Shown here one piece after another: positions 34,942 through 46,977 of a stretch of 64,000 nt of DNA. Below the pieces are notes generated by a model. It saw only the letters and a program-made list of their open reading frames with translations, was not told the origin of the DNA and did no database searches. The first letter of the stretch is position 1. Each line of letters starts with the position of its first letter. The stretch is from Pseudomonadota bacterium (lineage in GTDB: Bacteria; Pseudomonadota; Alphaproteobacteria; Micavibrionales; UBA2020), in NCBI GenBank assembly GCA_021805245.1, contig JAJZFS010000076.1, positions 11,663-75,662 of the forward strand. Reading direction: 5' to 3'. The translations under genes were made by a program, and so were the position numbers.

Positions 34942-35898
34942 TCAGTCAGTCACGGACGCGGGGGCTTGCATCAGTGCGAGCAGCGCCATGCGGACGAAAA
35001 CCGCGCGCGCGGCCTGTTCAAAATATCTGGCTTGAGGTAAAGCGTCCACCGCGGGGCCGATCTCGTTCACGCGCGGCAGCGGGTGCATTAAAATCATGTC
35101 CTTCTTCGCCTTTTCAAGGCTCGCGGGCGTCAGCGTAAAAGCGTTTTTCACAGCTTCATATTCCGCCGTGTCTTTGAAACGCTCCTTCTGCACGCGGGTG
35201 ACGTAAAGCACGTCAAGATCGCCGATCACCTCCGCGATGTTGTCGGTAACCGCGGCATGGGCGGGCGGCGCGTCCATCTGCAGCGACGGGTGCGAGATCA
35301 GGACGAAACGAATATCCGGATAAAGCCCGAGCAGTGTGACGAGCGAGCGCACGGTGCGGCCGTATTTCAAATCTCCCGCAATGCCGATGGTGAGCGCGTC
35401 CAATCTGCCCTTGTCATGCCGAACAGTGTAAAGGTCGGCGAGTGCCTGCGTCGGGTGCTCGTTGGCGCCGTCGCCCGCGTTGATGACGGGGATGAGGGAT
35501 TGCGAGGCGAGTGCGGCTGCGCTGCCCGCGTCCGGATGTCGTACGGCGATCAGGTCGGCATAAGCGCTGATGATGCGGCCTGTGTCGGCGAGCGATTCGC
35601 CTTTTTTGACTGATGATGCTTCGCCTTGCTCAAGGCTGATGACCCGCCCGCCGAGGCGCAGCATCGCGCTTTCAAAGGAGAAACGTGTGCGCGTGCTGGG
35701 CTCGAAAAACAGCGTGGCGAGGATGCGTCCCGTGCAATCGGCGGGGATCGGTTTGCCGTTTTTGGCATCAGCGTGATATTGCGCCGCGCGGTCGAGAATC
35801 GTTTCGAGGTCGCCTTTAGAGACGTCGGCCGCGCCGAGCAAATGCCGGAAAGACAATGATTCTGCAGCGGTTTCGTTGTTATGTTCAAGTGTGGACAT
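34942..35898 (-). CDS. pyrB: aspartate carbamoyltransferase catalytic subunit
   Basis: FFEPSTRTRFSFE, HPTQAL, HPLPR motifs. Confidence 0.92.
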   Translation of the reverse strand: MSTLEHNNETAAESLSFRHLLGAADVSKGDLETILDRAAQYHADAKNGKPIPADCTGRILATLFFEPSTRTRFSFESAMLRLGGRVISLEQGEASSVKKGESLADTGRIISAYADLIAVRHPDAGSAAALASQSLIPVINAGDGANEHPTQALADLYTVRHDKGRLDALTIGIAGDLKYGRTVRSLVTLLGLYPDIRFVLISHPSLQMDAPPAHAAVTDNIAEVIGDLDVLYVTRVQKERFKDTAEYEAVKNAFTLTPASLEKAKKDMILMHPLPRVNEIGPAVDALPQARYFEQAARAVFVRMALLALMQAPASVTD

Positions 35899-36016
35899 GC
35901 CGTACTATCCCGTTGTTTCGCAAAGAATAGCTTGTGCAGGCGGTTTTGTCGCTTTGTTTTTGCGGGACATTGTGCTATTCCAGTCCCAGTCCACTCGAAA
36001 TTCCGGGATTTAAGGA

Positions 36017-37183
36017 ATGACCGACACCAACCGTCCCAGCCACGCGACCGCGGCGCTGATACTCGCCGACGGGAGCGTTTTTTGGGGACGCGGGATCGGT
36101 GCCGAGGGCGCCGCAGGCGGCGAGATCTGTTTCAACACATCGATGACGGGCTATCAGGAGATCATGACCGATCCCTCCTATGCGGGGCAGATCGTCACCT
36201 TCACCTTTCCGCATATCGGCAACGTCGGCACCAACCCCGACGACGACGAAGCCGCAAAGCCTTTCGCACGCGGCCTGGTTTTGCGCGCCGATATTACCGC
36301 ACCCTCGAATTACCGTTCAGGCGGGCATTTCAACGACTGGCTGAAAGACCGCGGCCTGGCAGGCATCTGCGGCCTCGATACGCGCGCACTGACCCATCAT
36401 ATTCGTGAACACGGCGCGCAAAACGCTGTCATCTGTCACGGCAAGGACATAGATATTTCTACCTTGCAGGCGAAGCTCGAAGGGCTGCCCTCCATGGCCG
36501 GATGCGATATGGCCAAAACCGTTTCGACCAAAGAGGTTTATACGTGGGACCAGTCGGTCTGGTCTGCGGAAGCGAACGCTTATGGCGTGGCGCAGCAAGC
36601 CGACGCGCATGTCGTGGTCGTCGATTACGGCGTCAAGCGCAACATTCTCCGCTGCCTCGCGGCGCAGGGCTTCAAACTTACCGTCGTGCCGTGCGATTTT
36701 CCAGCCGATAAAATTCTCGCGCTGAATCCCGATGGCATATTCCTTTCCAACGGCCCGGGCGATCCGGCCGCGACGGCCGCTTATGCCGCGCCGATCATCA
36801 AAAATCTTTTGCAAGCAGGCCTGCCGTTGTTCGGCATCTGCCTCGGGCATCAACTGCTGGCGATTACGCTGGGCGGAAAAACCGAAAAACTGCCTTTCGG
36901 CCACCGTGGCGCAAACCATCCGGTGAAGGATCTTGCCACGGGCAAAATCGAAATCACCAGCCAGAACCACGGCTTTCATGTCATCCCCGAAAGCCTGCCG
37001 GAGACGGCGGAGGTGACGCACGTTAGTCTGTTCGACGGCACCAACGAGGGCTTGCGGTTGAAAAACTGTCCGGCCTTCTCGGTGCAATATCACCCCGAAG
37101 CCTCGCCCGGCCCGCAAGACAGTTATTACCTTTTCGAACGTTTCGCCGCGCAGATACGCGACGCCAAAAAGAAAGTAGCCTGA
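36017..37183 (+). CDS. carA: carbamoyl-phosphate synthase small subunit
   Basis: [26 protein letters not shown], and the HGFH amidotransferase triad region. Confidence 0.95.
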   Translation: MTDTNRPSHATAALILADGSVFWGRGIGAEGAAGGEICFNTSMTGYQEIMTDPSYAGQIVTFTFPHIGNVGTNPDDDEAAKPFARGLVLRADITAPSNYRSGGHFNDWLKDRGLAGICGLDTRALTHHIREHGAQNAVICHGKDIDISTLQAKLEGLPSMAGCDMAKTVSTKEVYTWDQSVWSAEANAYGVAQQADAHVVVVDYGVKRNILRCLAAQGFKLTVVPCDFPADKILALNPDGIFLSNGPGDPAATAAYAAPIIKNLLQAGLPLFGICLGHQLLAITLGGKTEKLPFGHRGANHPVKDLATGKIEITSQNHGFHVIPESLPETAEVTHVSLFDGTNEGLRLKNCPAFSVQYHPEASPGPQDSYYLFERFAAQIRDAKKKVA

Positions 37184-37184
37184 T

Positions 37185-40100
37185 ATGCCGAAACGCAACG
37201 ACATAAAATCCATCGCCATCATCGGCGCGGGGCCGATTGTCATCGGGCAGGCCTGCGAGTTCGACTATTCGGGAACGCAGGCGTGCAAGGCGCTGAAGGA
37301 CGAGGGCTACCGCGTCATTCTCATCAATTCCAATCCCGCAACGATCATGACCGACCCCGCGCTTGCCGATGCAACTTATATAGAGCCAATCACCGAGGAG
37401 GTCGCCGCCCGTATCCTTGAAAAAGAACGCCCTGATGCGTTGCTACCGACCATGGGCGGGCAGACGGCGTTGAACGTCGCGCTCGCGCTTGCCGATCACG
37501 GCACGCTGGAGACGCTCGGCATAGAACTGATCGGCGTGAAACAGCGCGCCATAGAACTCGCCGAGGACCGCGACCTTTTTAAACGGAAGATGGAAGAAAT
37601 CGGCCTCGAATGCGCGCGCGGCAAGACGGTGAAAAACCTCGCCGAAGCGCTGGAGATTCTCGATTACGTCGGCCTGCCGGCGATTATCCGCCCGTCCTTC
37701 ACGCTCGGCGGCACCGGCGGCGGCATCGCCTATAACCGCGACGAATACGAGACGGTGGTCAAGGCGGGGCTGGATGCGTCGCCGGTCAGCCAGGTGCTGA
37801 TCGAAGAATGCATGCTCGGCTGGAAGGAATACGAGATGGAAGTCGTGCGCGACCGCAACGACAACTGTATCGTTATTTGTTCCATTGAAAACGTCGACCC
37901 GATGGGTATCCATACGGGCGACAGTGTCACCGTCGCGCCTGCGCTCACGCTCACCGACAAGGAATACCAGCAGATGCGCCGCGCCTCGATCGATATTCTG
38001 CGCGCCATCGGCGTCGAAACCGGCGGCTCGAACGTGCAGTTCTCCGTCAATCCCGAAACAGGGCGGCAGGTGGTGATCGAGATGAACCCGCGCGTCAGCC
38101 GTTCCTCCGCGCTGGCGTCGAAGGCGACGGGCTTTCCCATCGCCAAGGTCGCGGCCAAGCTCGCCGTCGGCTATACGCTCGACGAACTGACCAACGACAT
38201 TACCGGCGTGACGCCCGCCTCGTTCGAGCCGGCGATCGATTACGTGGTGACGAAGATCCCGCGCTTCAACTTCGAGAAGTTTCAGGGCGCGGAGGCGTTG
38301 CTCTCCACCTCGATGAAGGCGGTGGGAGAGGTGATGGCGATCGGCCGCACGTTTGAAGAATCCCTGCAAAAAGCGCTTGTGTCTCTTGAAACGGGATTGA
38401 CGGGCTTGAAAGAGATGAACCTGACGCCCGACGGGGCGGAGTTTGACCGTCAATACGTTATCGCTGCATTGTCCCAGCCGCGGCCGGATAGAATCCTTGT
38501 TGCGGCGCAGGCGTTCCGTCACGGCTTCACGGTCGATGAAGTGCATAATTGCAGCAAATATGACCGCTGGTTCCTCGAGCGCATCGCGGCGTTGGTGGAA
38601 CATGAAGAACATTTGAAGAAAAATGGCGTTACGGACTGGATGGAGACCAAGCAACTCGGTTTTACCGATGCGCGCATTGCCGCGCTGACGGGCGCAAAAG
38701 AAGCGGAGATTACACAACAACGCCATGCCGCAGGCGTGCGTCCGGTGTTCAAGCGCGTCGATACCTGCGCCGCCGAATTTGCCGCGCAGACGGCTTATAT
38801 GTATTCGACCTACGAATGGGGTAATGCCTGCGAGGCCGCGCCGTCGGATAAGAAAAAAGCCATCATCATCGGCTCCGGCCCCAACCGCATCGGACAAGGC
38901 ATCGAGTTCGACTATTGCTGCGTTCATGCGGCCTTTGCGCTTGAAGCGCGTGGCATCGAAAGCGTCATGATCAACTGCAACCCCGAAACCGTCTCGACCG
39001 ATTACGATACGTCCGACCGTCTTTATTTCGAGCCGGTGACGATTGAAAAAACGCTCGACATCATCAAAACAGAACAGGAGAAAGGCGACCTTCTCGGCGT
39101 GATCGTGCAGCTCGGCGGGCAGACACCGCTGAAGCTATGCCGTGCGCTCGAAAATGCGGGCGTGAAAATTCTCGGTACCAGTCCGGACGCGATCGACCTT
39201 TCCGAAAGTCGCGAGCAGTTCGCCAAAGTTCTGCGCGATCTGAACTTGCGCCAGCCGTCCAACGGCATCGCCCGCACGGCGGGCGAGGTTGCCATGTTGG
39301 CGGAGAAAATCGGTTTTCCGGTGATCGTGCGCCCGTCTTATGTTCTGGGCGGGTGCGGCATGCGCATCGTGCATGATACGGCGGCGCTGCAAAAATACAT
39401 TTCCGACAACACCGAGATCATCGGCGAAGGCGATATCCTCGTCGATAAATACCTGCAAAACTGCATCGAGGTTGATGTTGATGCGCTGTCTGATGGTAAA
39501 GACGTTTTCATCGCCGGCATTCTCGAGCATATCGAAGAAGCGGGCATCCACTCGGGAGACAGCACTTGTGTCCTGCCGCCGCATTCGCTGCGCGACGACA
39601 TTATAGAAGATTTGCGCCGCCAGACCGTAAAGCTGGCGCTGGCGTTGAAGGTTATCGGTCATATGAACGTGCAATATGCCGTGCAAATCAGCCGTGATCC
39701 CGCCGATCTCGACCGTTACGAGATTTATGTGATTGAGGCCAATCCGCGCGCCTCGCGCACCGTGCCGTTCGTCGCCAAGGCGACGGGCATGCCGCTGGTC
39801 ACCGCAGCGACGCGGCTGATGCTGGGTGAGAAAATCCCTGCTCTGTTTGAAGAAGGTATGTTGCACAATCATGTGTTCCGCCATGTCGCGGTCAAGGCGC
39901 CGGTGTTCCCGTTTGCGCGTTTCCCGCGCGTGGAGGTAACGCTTGGACCGGAAATGCGCTCGACCGGCGAGGTCATGGGCATCGACCGCGACTTTCGCCG
40001 TGCTTTCGCCAAAGCGCGTTTGGGCGCGGGTTCCAAGCTGCCGCTTTCCGGCACGGTGTTTATTTCGGTGCGCGACTCCGATAAAAACAGTATTATCCCG

Positions 40101-40457
40101 CTCGCCGCCAAGCTCGCCGACGCGGGTTTCAAAATCGTCGCCACCAGCGGCACGGCGAAGCATCTTGTCGAGGCGGGTATTCGTGCGCGCAAGGTCAATA
40201 AGGTGCACGAAGGGCAGCCGCACGTCGTCGATGCGATGATCAACGGCACCATCGACCTGATGCTCAATACGACGGAAGGGTTACAGTCAGTCGTCGATGA
40301 ACGCAATCTGCGCCGCGCCGCGCTGCATAACAAAATTCCATACTATACGACGATCTCCGCCGCGCGCGTGGCGGTGGATACCATTGTTTACCTCAAGCAT
40401 GCGGGGCCGTTGGGCGTCCGTCCGCTGCAGGAGTATCTTGAAAGGAAAACAGCATGA
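37185..40457 (+). CDS. carB: carbamoyl-phosphate synthase large subunit
   Basis: 1090 aa with duplicated ATP-grasp halves ([21 protein letters not shown] / [20 protein letters not shown]) and an MGS-like C-terminus. Confidence 0.97.
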   Translation: MPKRNDIKSIAIIGAGPIVIGQACEFDYSGTQACKALKDEGYRVILINSNPATIMTDPALADATYIEPITEEVAARILEKERPDALLPTMGGQTALNVALALADHGTLETLGIELIGVKQRAIELAEDRDLFKRKMEEIGLECARGKTVKNLAEALEILDYVGLPAIIRPSFTLGGTGGGIAYNRDEYETVVKAGLDASPVSQVLIEECMLGWKEYEMEVVRDRNDNCIVICSIENVDPMGIHTGDSVTVAPALTLTDKEYQQMRRASIDILRAIGVETGGSNVQFSVNPETGRQVVIEMNPRVSRSSALASKATGFPIAKVAAKLAVGYTLDELTNDITGVTPASFEPAIDYVVTKIPRFNFEKFQGAEALLSTSMKAVGEVMAIGRTFEESLQKALVSLETGLTGLKEMNLTPDGAEFDRQYVIAALSQPRPDRILVAAQAFRHGFTVDEVHNCSKYDRWFLERIAALVEHEEHLKKNGVTDWMETKQLGFTDARIAALTGAKEAEITQQRHAAGVRPVFKRVDTCAAEFAAQTAYMYSTYEWGNACEAAPSDKKKAIIIGSGPNRIGQGIEFDYCCVHAAFALEARGIESVMINCNPETVSTDYDTSDRLYFEPVTIEKTLDIIKTEQEKGDLLGVIVQLGGQTPLKLCRALENAGVKILGTSPDAIDLSESREQFAKVLRDLNLRQPSNGIARTAGEVAMLAEKIGFPVIVRPSYVLGGCGMRIVHDTAALQKYISDNTEIIGEGDILVDKYLQNCIEVDVDALSDGKDVFIAGILEHIEEAGIHSGDSTCVLPPHSLRDDIIEDLRRQTVKLALALKVIGHMNVQYAVQISRDPADLDRYEIYVIEANPRASRTVPFVAKATGMPLVTAATRLMLGEKIPALFEEGMLHNHVFRHVAVKAPVFPFARFPRVEVTLGPEMRSTGEVMGIDRDFRRAFAKARLGAGSKLPLSGTVFISVRDSDKNSIIPLAAKLADAGFKIVATSGTAKHLVEAGIRARKVNKVHEGQPHVVDAMINGTIDLMLNTTEGLQSVVDERNLRRAALHNKIPYYTTISAARVAVDTIVYLKHAGPLGVRPLQEYLERKTA

Positions 40458-41005
40458 CGGACATGAACCGCCTTCAGCACATCATCAGCGAAAAATCCTA
40501 CAACACCGGCGGCGATTTCAAGCTCGCCTCGGGCGCGGCGAGCAGCTTCTTCTTCGACATGAAGCCGACCGTGCTCGACCCCGAAGGCGCGAACCTTGTC
40601 GCCGATGCCATTCTTGAGCGTCTCAAGGGGTTGGACGCGACGGCCATCGGCGGGCTGGTGCTGGGCGCATGCCCGATTGCATCTGCTGTTTGCGTAAAAA
40701 GTTTTGGCACAAAAAAGCCGTTGCAGGCCTTCTATGTGCGTAAGGAAGCCAAAACGCGCGGCACGCAGAAGATGATCGAAGGCACGGACCTGAAACGAGG
40801 CGACCGCGTGGTGATTGTCGAGGACGTGACGACGACCGGAAGTTCCGCGCTGCAGGCCGTCACGGAAGTGCGCAAGCTGGGCTGTGAAGTGGTGAAAGTG
40901 ATGACGATTGTCGACCGCGAGCAGGGCGCCGCGGCCGTTTTTGCGCGGGAGAAACTTTCGTTCGATGCTCTTTTCACCCGTCGCGATTTTGCCGAGGCCG
41001 CATGA
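40454..41005 (+). CDS. pyrE: orotate phosphoribosyltransferase
   Basis: PRPP motif [15 protein letters not shown]. 4-nt overlap with the carB stop. Confidence 0.9.
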   Translation: MTDMNRLQHIISEKSYNTGGDFKLASGAASSFFFDMKPTVLDPEGANLVADAILERLKGLDATAIGGLVLGACPIASAVCVKSFGTKKPLQAFYVRKEAKTRGTQKMIEGTDLKRGDRVVIVEDVTTTGSSALQAVTEVRKLGCEVVKVMTIVDREQGAAAVFAREKLSFDALFTRRDFAEAA

Positions 41006-41676
41006 CGGGAATTTTTTGCGCCATCGATACGCCGGATCTGGCCGCCGCCGAAAAACTGGCGGCAAGCCTGCAAGGCGTGGTCGATATTAAGCTGGGATTG
41101 GAGTTTTTCACGGCCCGCGGCGCGGCGGGCGTTAAAAAAGTGCAAGCTGCGGCGGGCGCGAGGACGAAACTTTTTCTCGATCTCAAACTGCATGACATTC
41201 CCAATACGGTCGCGGGCGCTGCGCGTGCTGCCGTTGCCGGATGCCGGCCGGATTTCCTGACCGTTCACGCGTCCGGCGGGCGCGAGATGATACGTGCGGC
41301 GGTCGAGGCTGCAGGCGATACGAAAATCCTTGCCGTCACGGTGCTGACCAGTCTGGATGCGAATGAGCTTGCTGCCATCGGGCAGGGCGATGATGCGCAA
41401 GCGCAGGTGTTGCGGCTGGCGCGGCTGGCGGTGGCAGCGGGCGCGGGCGGCATTGTTTGCTCGCCACGTGAGATTGCTCTGCTCCGTAAAGAACTGCCGA
41501 AAGACGTCATCCTTGTCGTGCCGGGGATACGCCCTGCGGGTGCGGTCAAAGGTGACCAGAAACGGGTCATGACGCCGGCGGAAGCTACCGCGGCGGGCGC
41601 GGATTATCTGGTGATCGGCCGGCCGATCACGCAGGCGGCTGACCCTGTTGCCGCTGCGCGCAGTATGTGCGGTTGA
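41002..41676 (+). CDS. pyrF: orotidine 5'-phosphate decarboxylase
   Basis: [20 protein letters not shown] motifs. 4-nt overlap with pyrE. Confidence 0.9.
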   Translation: MTGIFCAIDTPDLAAAEKLAASLQGVVDIKLGLEFFTARGAAGVKKVQAAAGARTKLFLDLKLHDIPNTVAGAARAAVAGCRPDFLTVHASGGREMIRAAVEAAGDTKILAVTVLTSLDANELAAIGQGDDAQAQVLRLARLAVAAGAGGIVCSPREIALLRKELPKDVILVVPGIRPAGAVKGDQKRVMTPAEATAAGADYLVIGRPITQAADPVAAARSMCG

Positions 41677-42643
41677 TGTCGGCGATCAGTCTAGGGCCTT
41701 TATAAATCAATCCCGTATAAATTTGCACGGCGTTCGCGCCTGCGGTGAACAGGCGGCGCGCGTCTTTTCCGCTTTGCACGCCGCCGCAGCCGATGAGAGG
41801 GATGTTTGCGCCTGCAATATCGCGAATGTTGCGTACCATGCTGTCTGTGGTCTCGAGCAGTAACGGCCCGCTATAGCCGCCGACCGCCGTGCCGTTACTT
41901 TGCGGCCAGATGAAGGACGTATTGCCGAGGAGTTCATGTTTGCTCCACGGTATCGTGTTGGTGGCGATAAAGCCCTTTGCGCCTGCGCACAAAACGCTTT
42001 CCACCGTTTTTTGCAGTGTCTCCTTGTTTGTTTCCGGCGCGAGCTTGATGAGAACGGGGGTAGCGCCCGCTTCGCTGACGACGGCTGTGACCTGTTCTTG
42101 CATTGCTGTCGCGCTATGGTCGTGGGCATCGACGTTCGGGCAGGAAATGTTAACGGTGAGATAATCAGCCAGCGGCGCGATGACGGCGGCGAGAGCGCGT
42201 AAATCATCCGTGCTGTTCTCGGGCGAGGCGATGCTCGCGCCGACGATAAGTTTTTTCCGTTCCGGTGCGGTTTGAAACTGTGTCAGGTGTGCGACAAAAA
42301 GATCCATACCTTTGTTCGGCAGGCCCATCCAGTTGACGATATGCCCATTTCCCAGACGCCATAAACGGGGTTTGGGGTTGCCTTGACGCGGGAAACGCGT
42401 GACGGTGCCAGCCTCGACAAAGCCGAAACCCAGTCGCGCCCATCCGGCGAGCGCCGCGGCGTTTTTGTCCGCGCCCGCAGCAAGGCCGACGGGATTGCGA
42501 AAGGTTTTGCCGAACAGCTCAAGGCGCGTGGCCGGGTCGTCCGGCGGCGCAATGGGAGAAAGTTTGTGTTTAACGGCGAAGAGCGTGAGTTTGTGCGCGG
42601 TTTCCGGCGGCAATAAGTGAAGCGGGTTCATGCGATGCGCCAT
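41627..42643 (-). CDS. pyrD: dihydroorotate dehydrogenase (quinone-type)
   Basis: [46 protein letters not shown] motifs. Confidence 0.9.
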   Translation of the reverse strand: MAHRMNPLHLLPPETAHKLTLFAVKHKLSPIAPPDDPATRLELFGKTFRNPVGLAAGADKNAAALAGWARLGFGFVEAGTVTRFPRQGNPKPRLWRLGNGHIVNWMGLPNKGMDLFVAHLTQFQTAPERKKLIVGASIASPENSTDDLRALAAVIAPLADYLTVNISCPNVDAHDHSATAMQEQVTAVVSEAGATPVLIKLAPETNKETLQKTVESVLCAGAKGFIATNTIPWSKHELLGNTSFIWPQSNGTAVGGYSGPLLLETTDSMVRNIRDIAGANIPLIGCGGVQSGKDARRLFTAGANAVQIYTGLIYKGPRLIADINRTYCAQRQQGQPPA

Positions 42644-43752
42644 GGCAATGTTTTGAGTCCCGCGCCTTCGGCGAGTGTGACAATATCTCCCTCCGGCGTT
42701 GCGAGCGGCGTGACGGCCTGTTCTTCTTTTACAAGCGTGAAAGTTTCTTTCGATACAGGAAGGTCGTAGAAAGCGGGGCCGTTGCGGCAGAGAAAGCGCG
42801 CGAAAATATCCTGTCCTTGCGGCGATGTGAGGTCGATACCCGCATCTTCAAACGCCATGGCGTAAAGCTGCGGTGCGATGCCGCCGGTGAAGCATCCCGC
42901 CGCGCAGCCGCAAGCGGTGACCTTTTTCGCGTGCGGAGCGCTGTCCGTGCCAGCGAAGAATTGCCAGTTGTGCGGGCTTGTGACGGCCGCGCGCAGTGCG
43001 GCGCGATCGGCGTCGAATTTCAAAAGCGGCAGGCAGTAAAGATGATATTTGCAGCCTTGCGCCAAATGCCCCGCCGTGTAGAGCAGATGCTGCGGCGTGA
43101 CGCTGGCGGAGAGGTTTTTTCCCGCCTGTCGGACAAACTCCACCGCTGCCGCGGTCGAGACATGTTCGGCGACGATTTTGAGCTTGGGGAATTTTTCAAC
43201 GAGGGGCGGCATGCGCTCTTTGTAAAAGAGCGTTTCCGCGTTTGTGCCACTGTCAAAATAGGCTTCGGGCGGGAGGCCGTGTTCTTCGCCATGGACGCAG
43301 AGGATGATGCCGTGTTCCGCCAGGGCTTCGAAAACGCCGTTTTGAATGTAATGATTGAGCGGGCGCCCGTGTTCGGCGTTGGTGGTGCCGCGCGGCGGAT
43401 AATATTTGCAGGCGCGCAAGAGACCGCTCTTCGCGCCTGTGGCGATCATTTCCGGCGTGGTGATCTCCGAAAGATAGAGCGGCACGATGATATCGTCAAA
43501 GCCGCCGCCGCCCGCCTCGTGCAGCAGATCGCGGTATTCCTCGATGCTCCAGCAGTCGAATGCTGCGCCGGCGGGGAAGACCTTCGCCACCGGCGGAACC
43601 GTGTTGGGCATGGCGAGGATACCCGCACAGCCCATTGCTGCGTGCGCGCGCAGGAGCGGACGCAGCAATTCGCCCTGACGGAAATGCGCGTGCAGGTCGT
43701 GCCAGCGCGGCAGGATCAGGCGGGGCGCATGTGTGGTCTGTTTTTCGGGCAT
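42628..43752 (-). CDS. pyrC: dihydroorotase (class II-like)
   Basis: PRWHDLHAHFRQG (HxH metal site) and AEHVST, with the internal Met start at 43752. Confidence 0.85.
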   Translation of the reverse strand: MPEKQTTHAPRLILPRWHDLHAHFRQGELLRPLLRAHAAMGCAGILAMPNTVPPVAKVFPAGAAFDCWSIEEYRDLLHEAGGGGFDDIIVPLYLSEITTPEMIATGAKSGLLRACKYYPPRGTTNAEHGRPLNHYIQNGVFEALAEHGIILCVHGEEHGLPPEAYFDSGTNAETLFYKERMPPLVEKFPKLKIVAEHVSTAAAVEFVRQAGKNLSASVTPQHLLYTAGHLAQGCKYHLYCLPLLKFDADRAALRAAVTSPHNWQFFAGTDSAPHAKKVTACGCAAGCFTGGIAPQLYAMAFEDAGIDLTSPQGQDIFARFLCRNGPAFYDLPVSKETFTLVKEEQAVTPLATPEGDIVTLAEGAGLKTLPWRIA

Positions 43753-43798
43753 GGCGTCCTCTTCTCGTCGTTGCGCCATGTTAGCAGGTGGAGAAAAA

Positions 43799-45154
43799 TC
43801 AGGCAATCCGTCTAAAGGCGGCGTTTTGGTAATCCAGCTTGCGGGCCGCGTTGCTTATATCCTTGGTTTGTTTCTGTATGTCGCGGCCGTTGCGTATCAG
43901 CAGCTCGCGGAGCAGCGTTTGCGTGAAAACGATATCCGCGCGGACGAGCTTTTCGCTTGCGGCATGCTTGTTGAAAATATCCGTGAGCCTTTTTTTCTGG
44001 CGTCTTTTAAAGATACCTTTTTTACCGGCGGCTTTTTCAAGCAGATGCTGTGTCTGGGCATCGAGCTTGCCCGTATGGCCCACGCGCTCGAGGGCGGCTT
44101 CGAGCCGCACGCTTTTTTGTTGCAGCTTTTCGGTTTTTTTGACGGCGGCGTTGTAGGCCGTTTCGAGTTTTTTGCGGTCGCGCTGCGGCCACAGGGCGTT
44201 CATCGCCTGCACCTGCCGCTCCGTTTCCGCACGGCGGGCGGCGAAATGCGCGGGGTGTTCGTCCGTTTCTTTCGGCAGCACGTCGAACCCGCGTTTTTTG
44301 CGTTCTTCCTTGTAGCCTTTGACTTGGGGGATTTCGCCGCTTTTTTCCGTTCCGGCATAGGATGCGCCTTCGACCCAGTCGCCGTCGTTGATGATATGCA
44401 CGGTGCGCTCGCCGACCTTCAGTTCTTCCGTGCCGGCGCCGTGCGTGTGGCCGAGGATGATGCCGTCGAGATTGCCTTCTTTGATGTTTTCGATGATAGA
44501 CTTGTGCGAATAAAGGAAGCTGATGGTTTTTTTGAGGGCGTCTTTGAACATCTTGGCCGCCGAAAGGTCTATGCCGAGATCCTCGTAGATTTTGCGCGCG
44601 AAGCGCTTTTCAAGCCGGACGAAATCGTCGTATCCGTTGCTGACGGCCTTCTCCGCGGGGCGGAACCAGTGTTTGGTGAAGAGTTTCGGATCATGGCTGT
44701 CGCCGTGCAGCACCTTGAATTTTTTGTTATCGGGGCCGCCGGTTTCGAAAATCGCTTCGGATTCGAAGGAGATATTTTTCGAAAACGTGTCGAAGTCTTT
44801 GCGGTTTTGCAGTTTGTCGACCAGCGGGCGGAGTTTCTCGTCGTGGTTGCCGGGGATGTAGTGGACTTTGACCCCGTTTGCTGCCGCGTAATTCAGAATG
44901 TCGAGGATGCGTTTTTCCATTTCCGGCATGGGGTTCGCCTTGCCGTCCTCGTGTTCCCAGCCGCCGACGACATCGCCGACGAGGTAGAGGTCTTTCAGTT
45001 TCGTATAGTCGAGATGTTTGAGAAATTCATAAAGATAGGGGCTGGCCGTTTTGCCGCTGCCGAGGTGTGTGTCGGAGATGAAGACCGTTTCGTATTGAAA
45101 AGAATAAAAGTCTGCGGGGTTCATATCGTCATGTCCTTTCTGTTTTTCAGGCAT
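43799..45154 (-). CDS. metallophosphoesterase (LpxH-like N-terminus) with a long helical C-terminal extension
   Basis: VFISDTHLGS, LYLVGDVVGGW, PGNHD, GHTHG motifs. The start is assumed at the internal Met (MPEKQKG). Confidence 0.7.
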   Translation of the reverse strand: MPEKQKGHDDMNPADFYSFQYETVFISDTHLGSGKTASPYLYEFLKHLDYTKLKDLYLVGDVVGGWEHEDGKANPMPEMEKRILDILNYAAANGVKVHYIPGNHDEKLRPLVDKLQNRKDFDTFSKNISFESEAIFETGGPDNKKFKVLHGDSHDPKLFTKHWFRPAEKAVSNGYDDFVRLEKRFARKIYEDLGIDLSAAKMFKDALKKTISFLYSHKSIIENIKEGNLDGIILGHTHGAGTEELKVGERTVHIINDGDWVEGASYAGTEKSGEIPQVKGYKEERKKRGFDVLPKETDEHPAHFAARRAETERQVQAMNALWPQRDRKKLETAYNAAVKKTEKLQQKSVRLEAALERVGHTGKLDAQTQHLLEKAAGKKGIFKRRQKKRLTDIFNKHAASEKLVRADIVFTQTLLRELLIRNGRDIQKQTKDISNAARKLDYQNAAFRRIA

Positions 45155-45329
45155 AAAAAAACCGCCGAATGGCGGTTGGTCGCGGGGTGGAATTGAAAAG
45201 AAAAACATTTGGCTGTTCAGGCTGGCCTGTGCTTGGCGGTCTATTCTGTGCTTTGGGATCCGTCATGTTTCCATGTCTGTGTATTGCACCGCACAAAAGG
45301 TCGCACGGATTCGCAATCTTGTCAAATTT

Positions 45330-46787
45330 TCAGGACGCATATTTTTGCAGCATCGCTGCGAATGATTTTTTGATCGCTTCGACGTAGGGCGTTTTGTAAG
45401 GATATTCGTGGTTCGTTCCGTGCACGAGCATGGTGGCGTTAACCTCGAAAACAACGAGGTTTCCATCGCGGTCTATGCTGCAGTCGATGCCGAGATATTC
45501 GAGCCCGACGGCTTTATAGATGCTTTGCAAAGCCTGATAATGTTCGGGTGAAAAAACCGCCTTGGGATTCTCCAGAAAATCTTTTTCTTCGTCCTGCATC
45601 CATTGATGCACGTTCATTTCCGTCGTTTCATGGTGGACTTTCCACTTGTCGGAGATAGCCAGATGGTAGGGCATGATTGCGCCGTCGATAAAAATGAATC
45701 TGTATTTACGGAAGTGGCCGTCGGCAGACTTGTAGTCGATGTATTCGATCAGGTAATGATTCTGGTCCGTCTCTTTTTTCAATATTTTTTCCGCCGCCGC
45801 GAAATTTTTGACGATTTCAAAATTCTTGCCGCCGTGCGTGCCTGCGGGGCGCAGCAGAAACGGTGCGGCGAAGGACACTTTTTCTGCCAGAGACTTCGCA
45901 TCGGTCGGTTCTCCCGCGGCATGGCGGACAATGCGCGGCGCTTTGCAATGCGGAATGTCTTTCAGCAGCCCCGGCATGTTGCCGCGCGCGGTTGCGGCGA
46001 TTTTTCCCGGCGCATTGATAACGGGCAGGCCGGTCGCGGCGGCGAGGCGCGACACTTCCGGCAGAATGGCGTCGTCCTGATCCGCTTCGGACACGACGTT
46101 GAAGACGACCTGCGCGTGTTGCTTGAGCATCGCGGCGTCATGTTCAACGCCCGGCAGGACGGGATAGCTGTTGGTTTCGAAAGGCTGGTTGTCCGTCAAA
46201 AATTCCGTCGGCGTGTTGCCGAGGCCGGGCGCGAAGAGGATCAGGAGCGAAAAATCCGCCGGCGTCTTGTTGGCGGGCTTGGTCAGCAGGGGTTTGACCT
46301 TGATGACCTCCTTGTAGGTTTCCGCCGCCGCCGCGTCATCGTCCATGTTCTGCTGGACGGTGGCAAGCGCCCAGAGGGTATCGGCGTCCTTCGGGTCGAG
46401 CTGGCGCGCGCGTTTGAAGCAGTTTAGCGCCTCGTCATACTCCTGCAGGCGGCGGTGGGTTTCTCCCAACAGCTTGAGCAGCGCCGTGTCCATCGGGTTC
46501 TGCGCCAGCAGGGCGGCGAGGAACGCCTTGTTTTTTTGCTGCCAGGGCGTGGTGGCCGTGATCGCGGGGTCGATCTGCTGGGCGGCGGCATAGCAGGTCG
46601 CGGTGTTTTCCAAGTCGTTGGCGGCCAGCAACAGGTCGCCCATCCGGACATACACTGCCGAGAGCTCCTGCGCCACGGGCGCGACATCTGGCGTTTCGCC
46701 CTCCGGCGTGTTCTGGCTGACGCTTTGTACCAGTTCGACCAGTTTTTTCTGGCAGGCGTCGATCGTCTTGAGGGCATTTGTGTCCAT
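45330..46787 (-). CDS. TPR-repeat :: ATP-grasp domain protein
   Basis: N-terminal TPR-like repeats. C-terminal ATP-grasp-like region: YLIEYIDY...FRKYRFIFIDG, GIDCSIDRDGNLVVFEVNATM. Confidence 0.7.
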   Translation of the reverse strand: MDTNALKTIDACQKKLVELVQSVSQNTPEGETPDVAPVAQELSAVYVRMGDLLLAANDLENTATCYAAAQQIDPAITATTPWQQKNKAFLAALLAQNPMDTALLKLLGETHRRLQEYDEALNCFKRARQLDPKDADTLWALATVQQNMDDDAAAAETYKEVIKVKPLLTKPANKTPADFSLLILFAPGLGNTPTEFLTDNQPFETNSYPVLPGVEHDAAMLKQHAQVVFNVVSEADQDDAILPEVSRLAAATGLPVINAPGKIAATARGNMPGLLKDIPHCKAPRIVRHAAGEPTDAKSLAEKVSFAAPFLLRPAGTHGGKNFEIVKNFAAAEKILKKETDQNHYLIEYIDYKSADGHFRKYRFIFIDGAIMPYHLAISDKWKVHHETTEMNVHQWMQDEEKDFLENPKAVFSPEHYQALQSIYKAVGLEYLGIDCSIDRDGNLVVFEVNATMLVHGTNHEYPYKTPYVEAIKKSFAAMLQKYAS

Positions 46788-46977
46788 CAGGGGCGGTTCT
46801 CTCTTAAACGGGGTGTTTCAAGGCTTTCAGAGCAGATCAAAGGTTAAAGTATATAGTCATATTTTTCAACATGTTAGTTGACTTTACAGGTTTCCAGAAT
46901 AATATTATTGCATAACCAAGATGGCGATGCTATTTTCATGCGGATTTTCAAAGTCATTTTATCAGGAGGAAGACCCT

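Noticed and set aside
43733-45196. 487-aa ORF on the plus strand
   Set aside because: It is antisense to the metallophosphoesterase gene, which carries clear GNHD/GHTH motifs. The plus-frame product is Phe/Ala/Val/Gly low-complexity.
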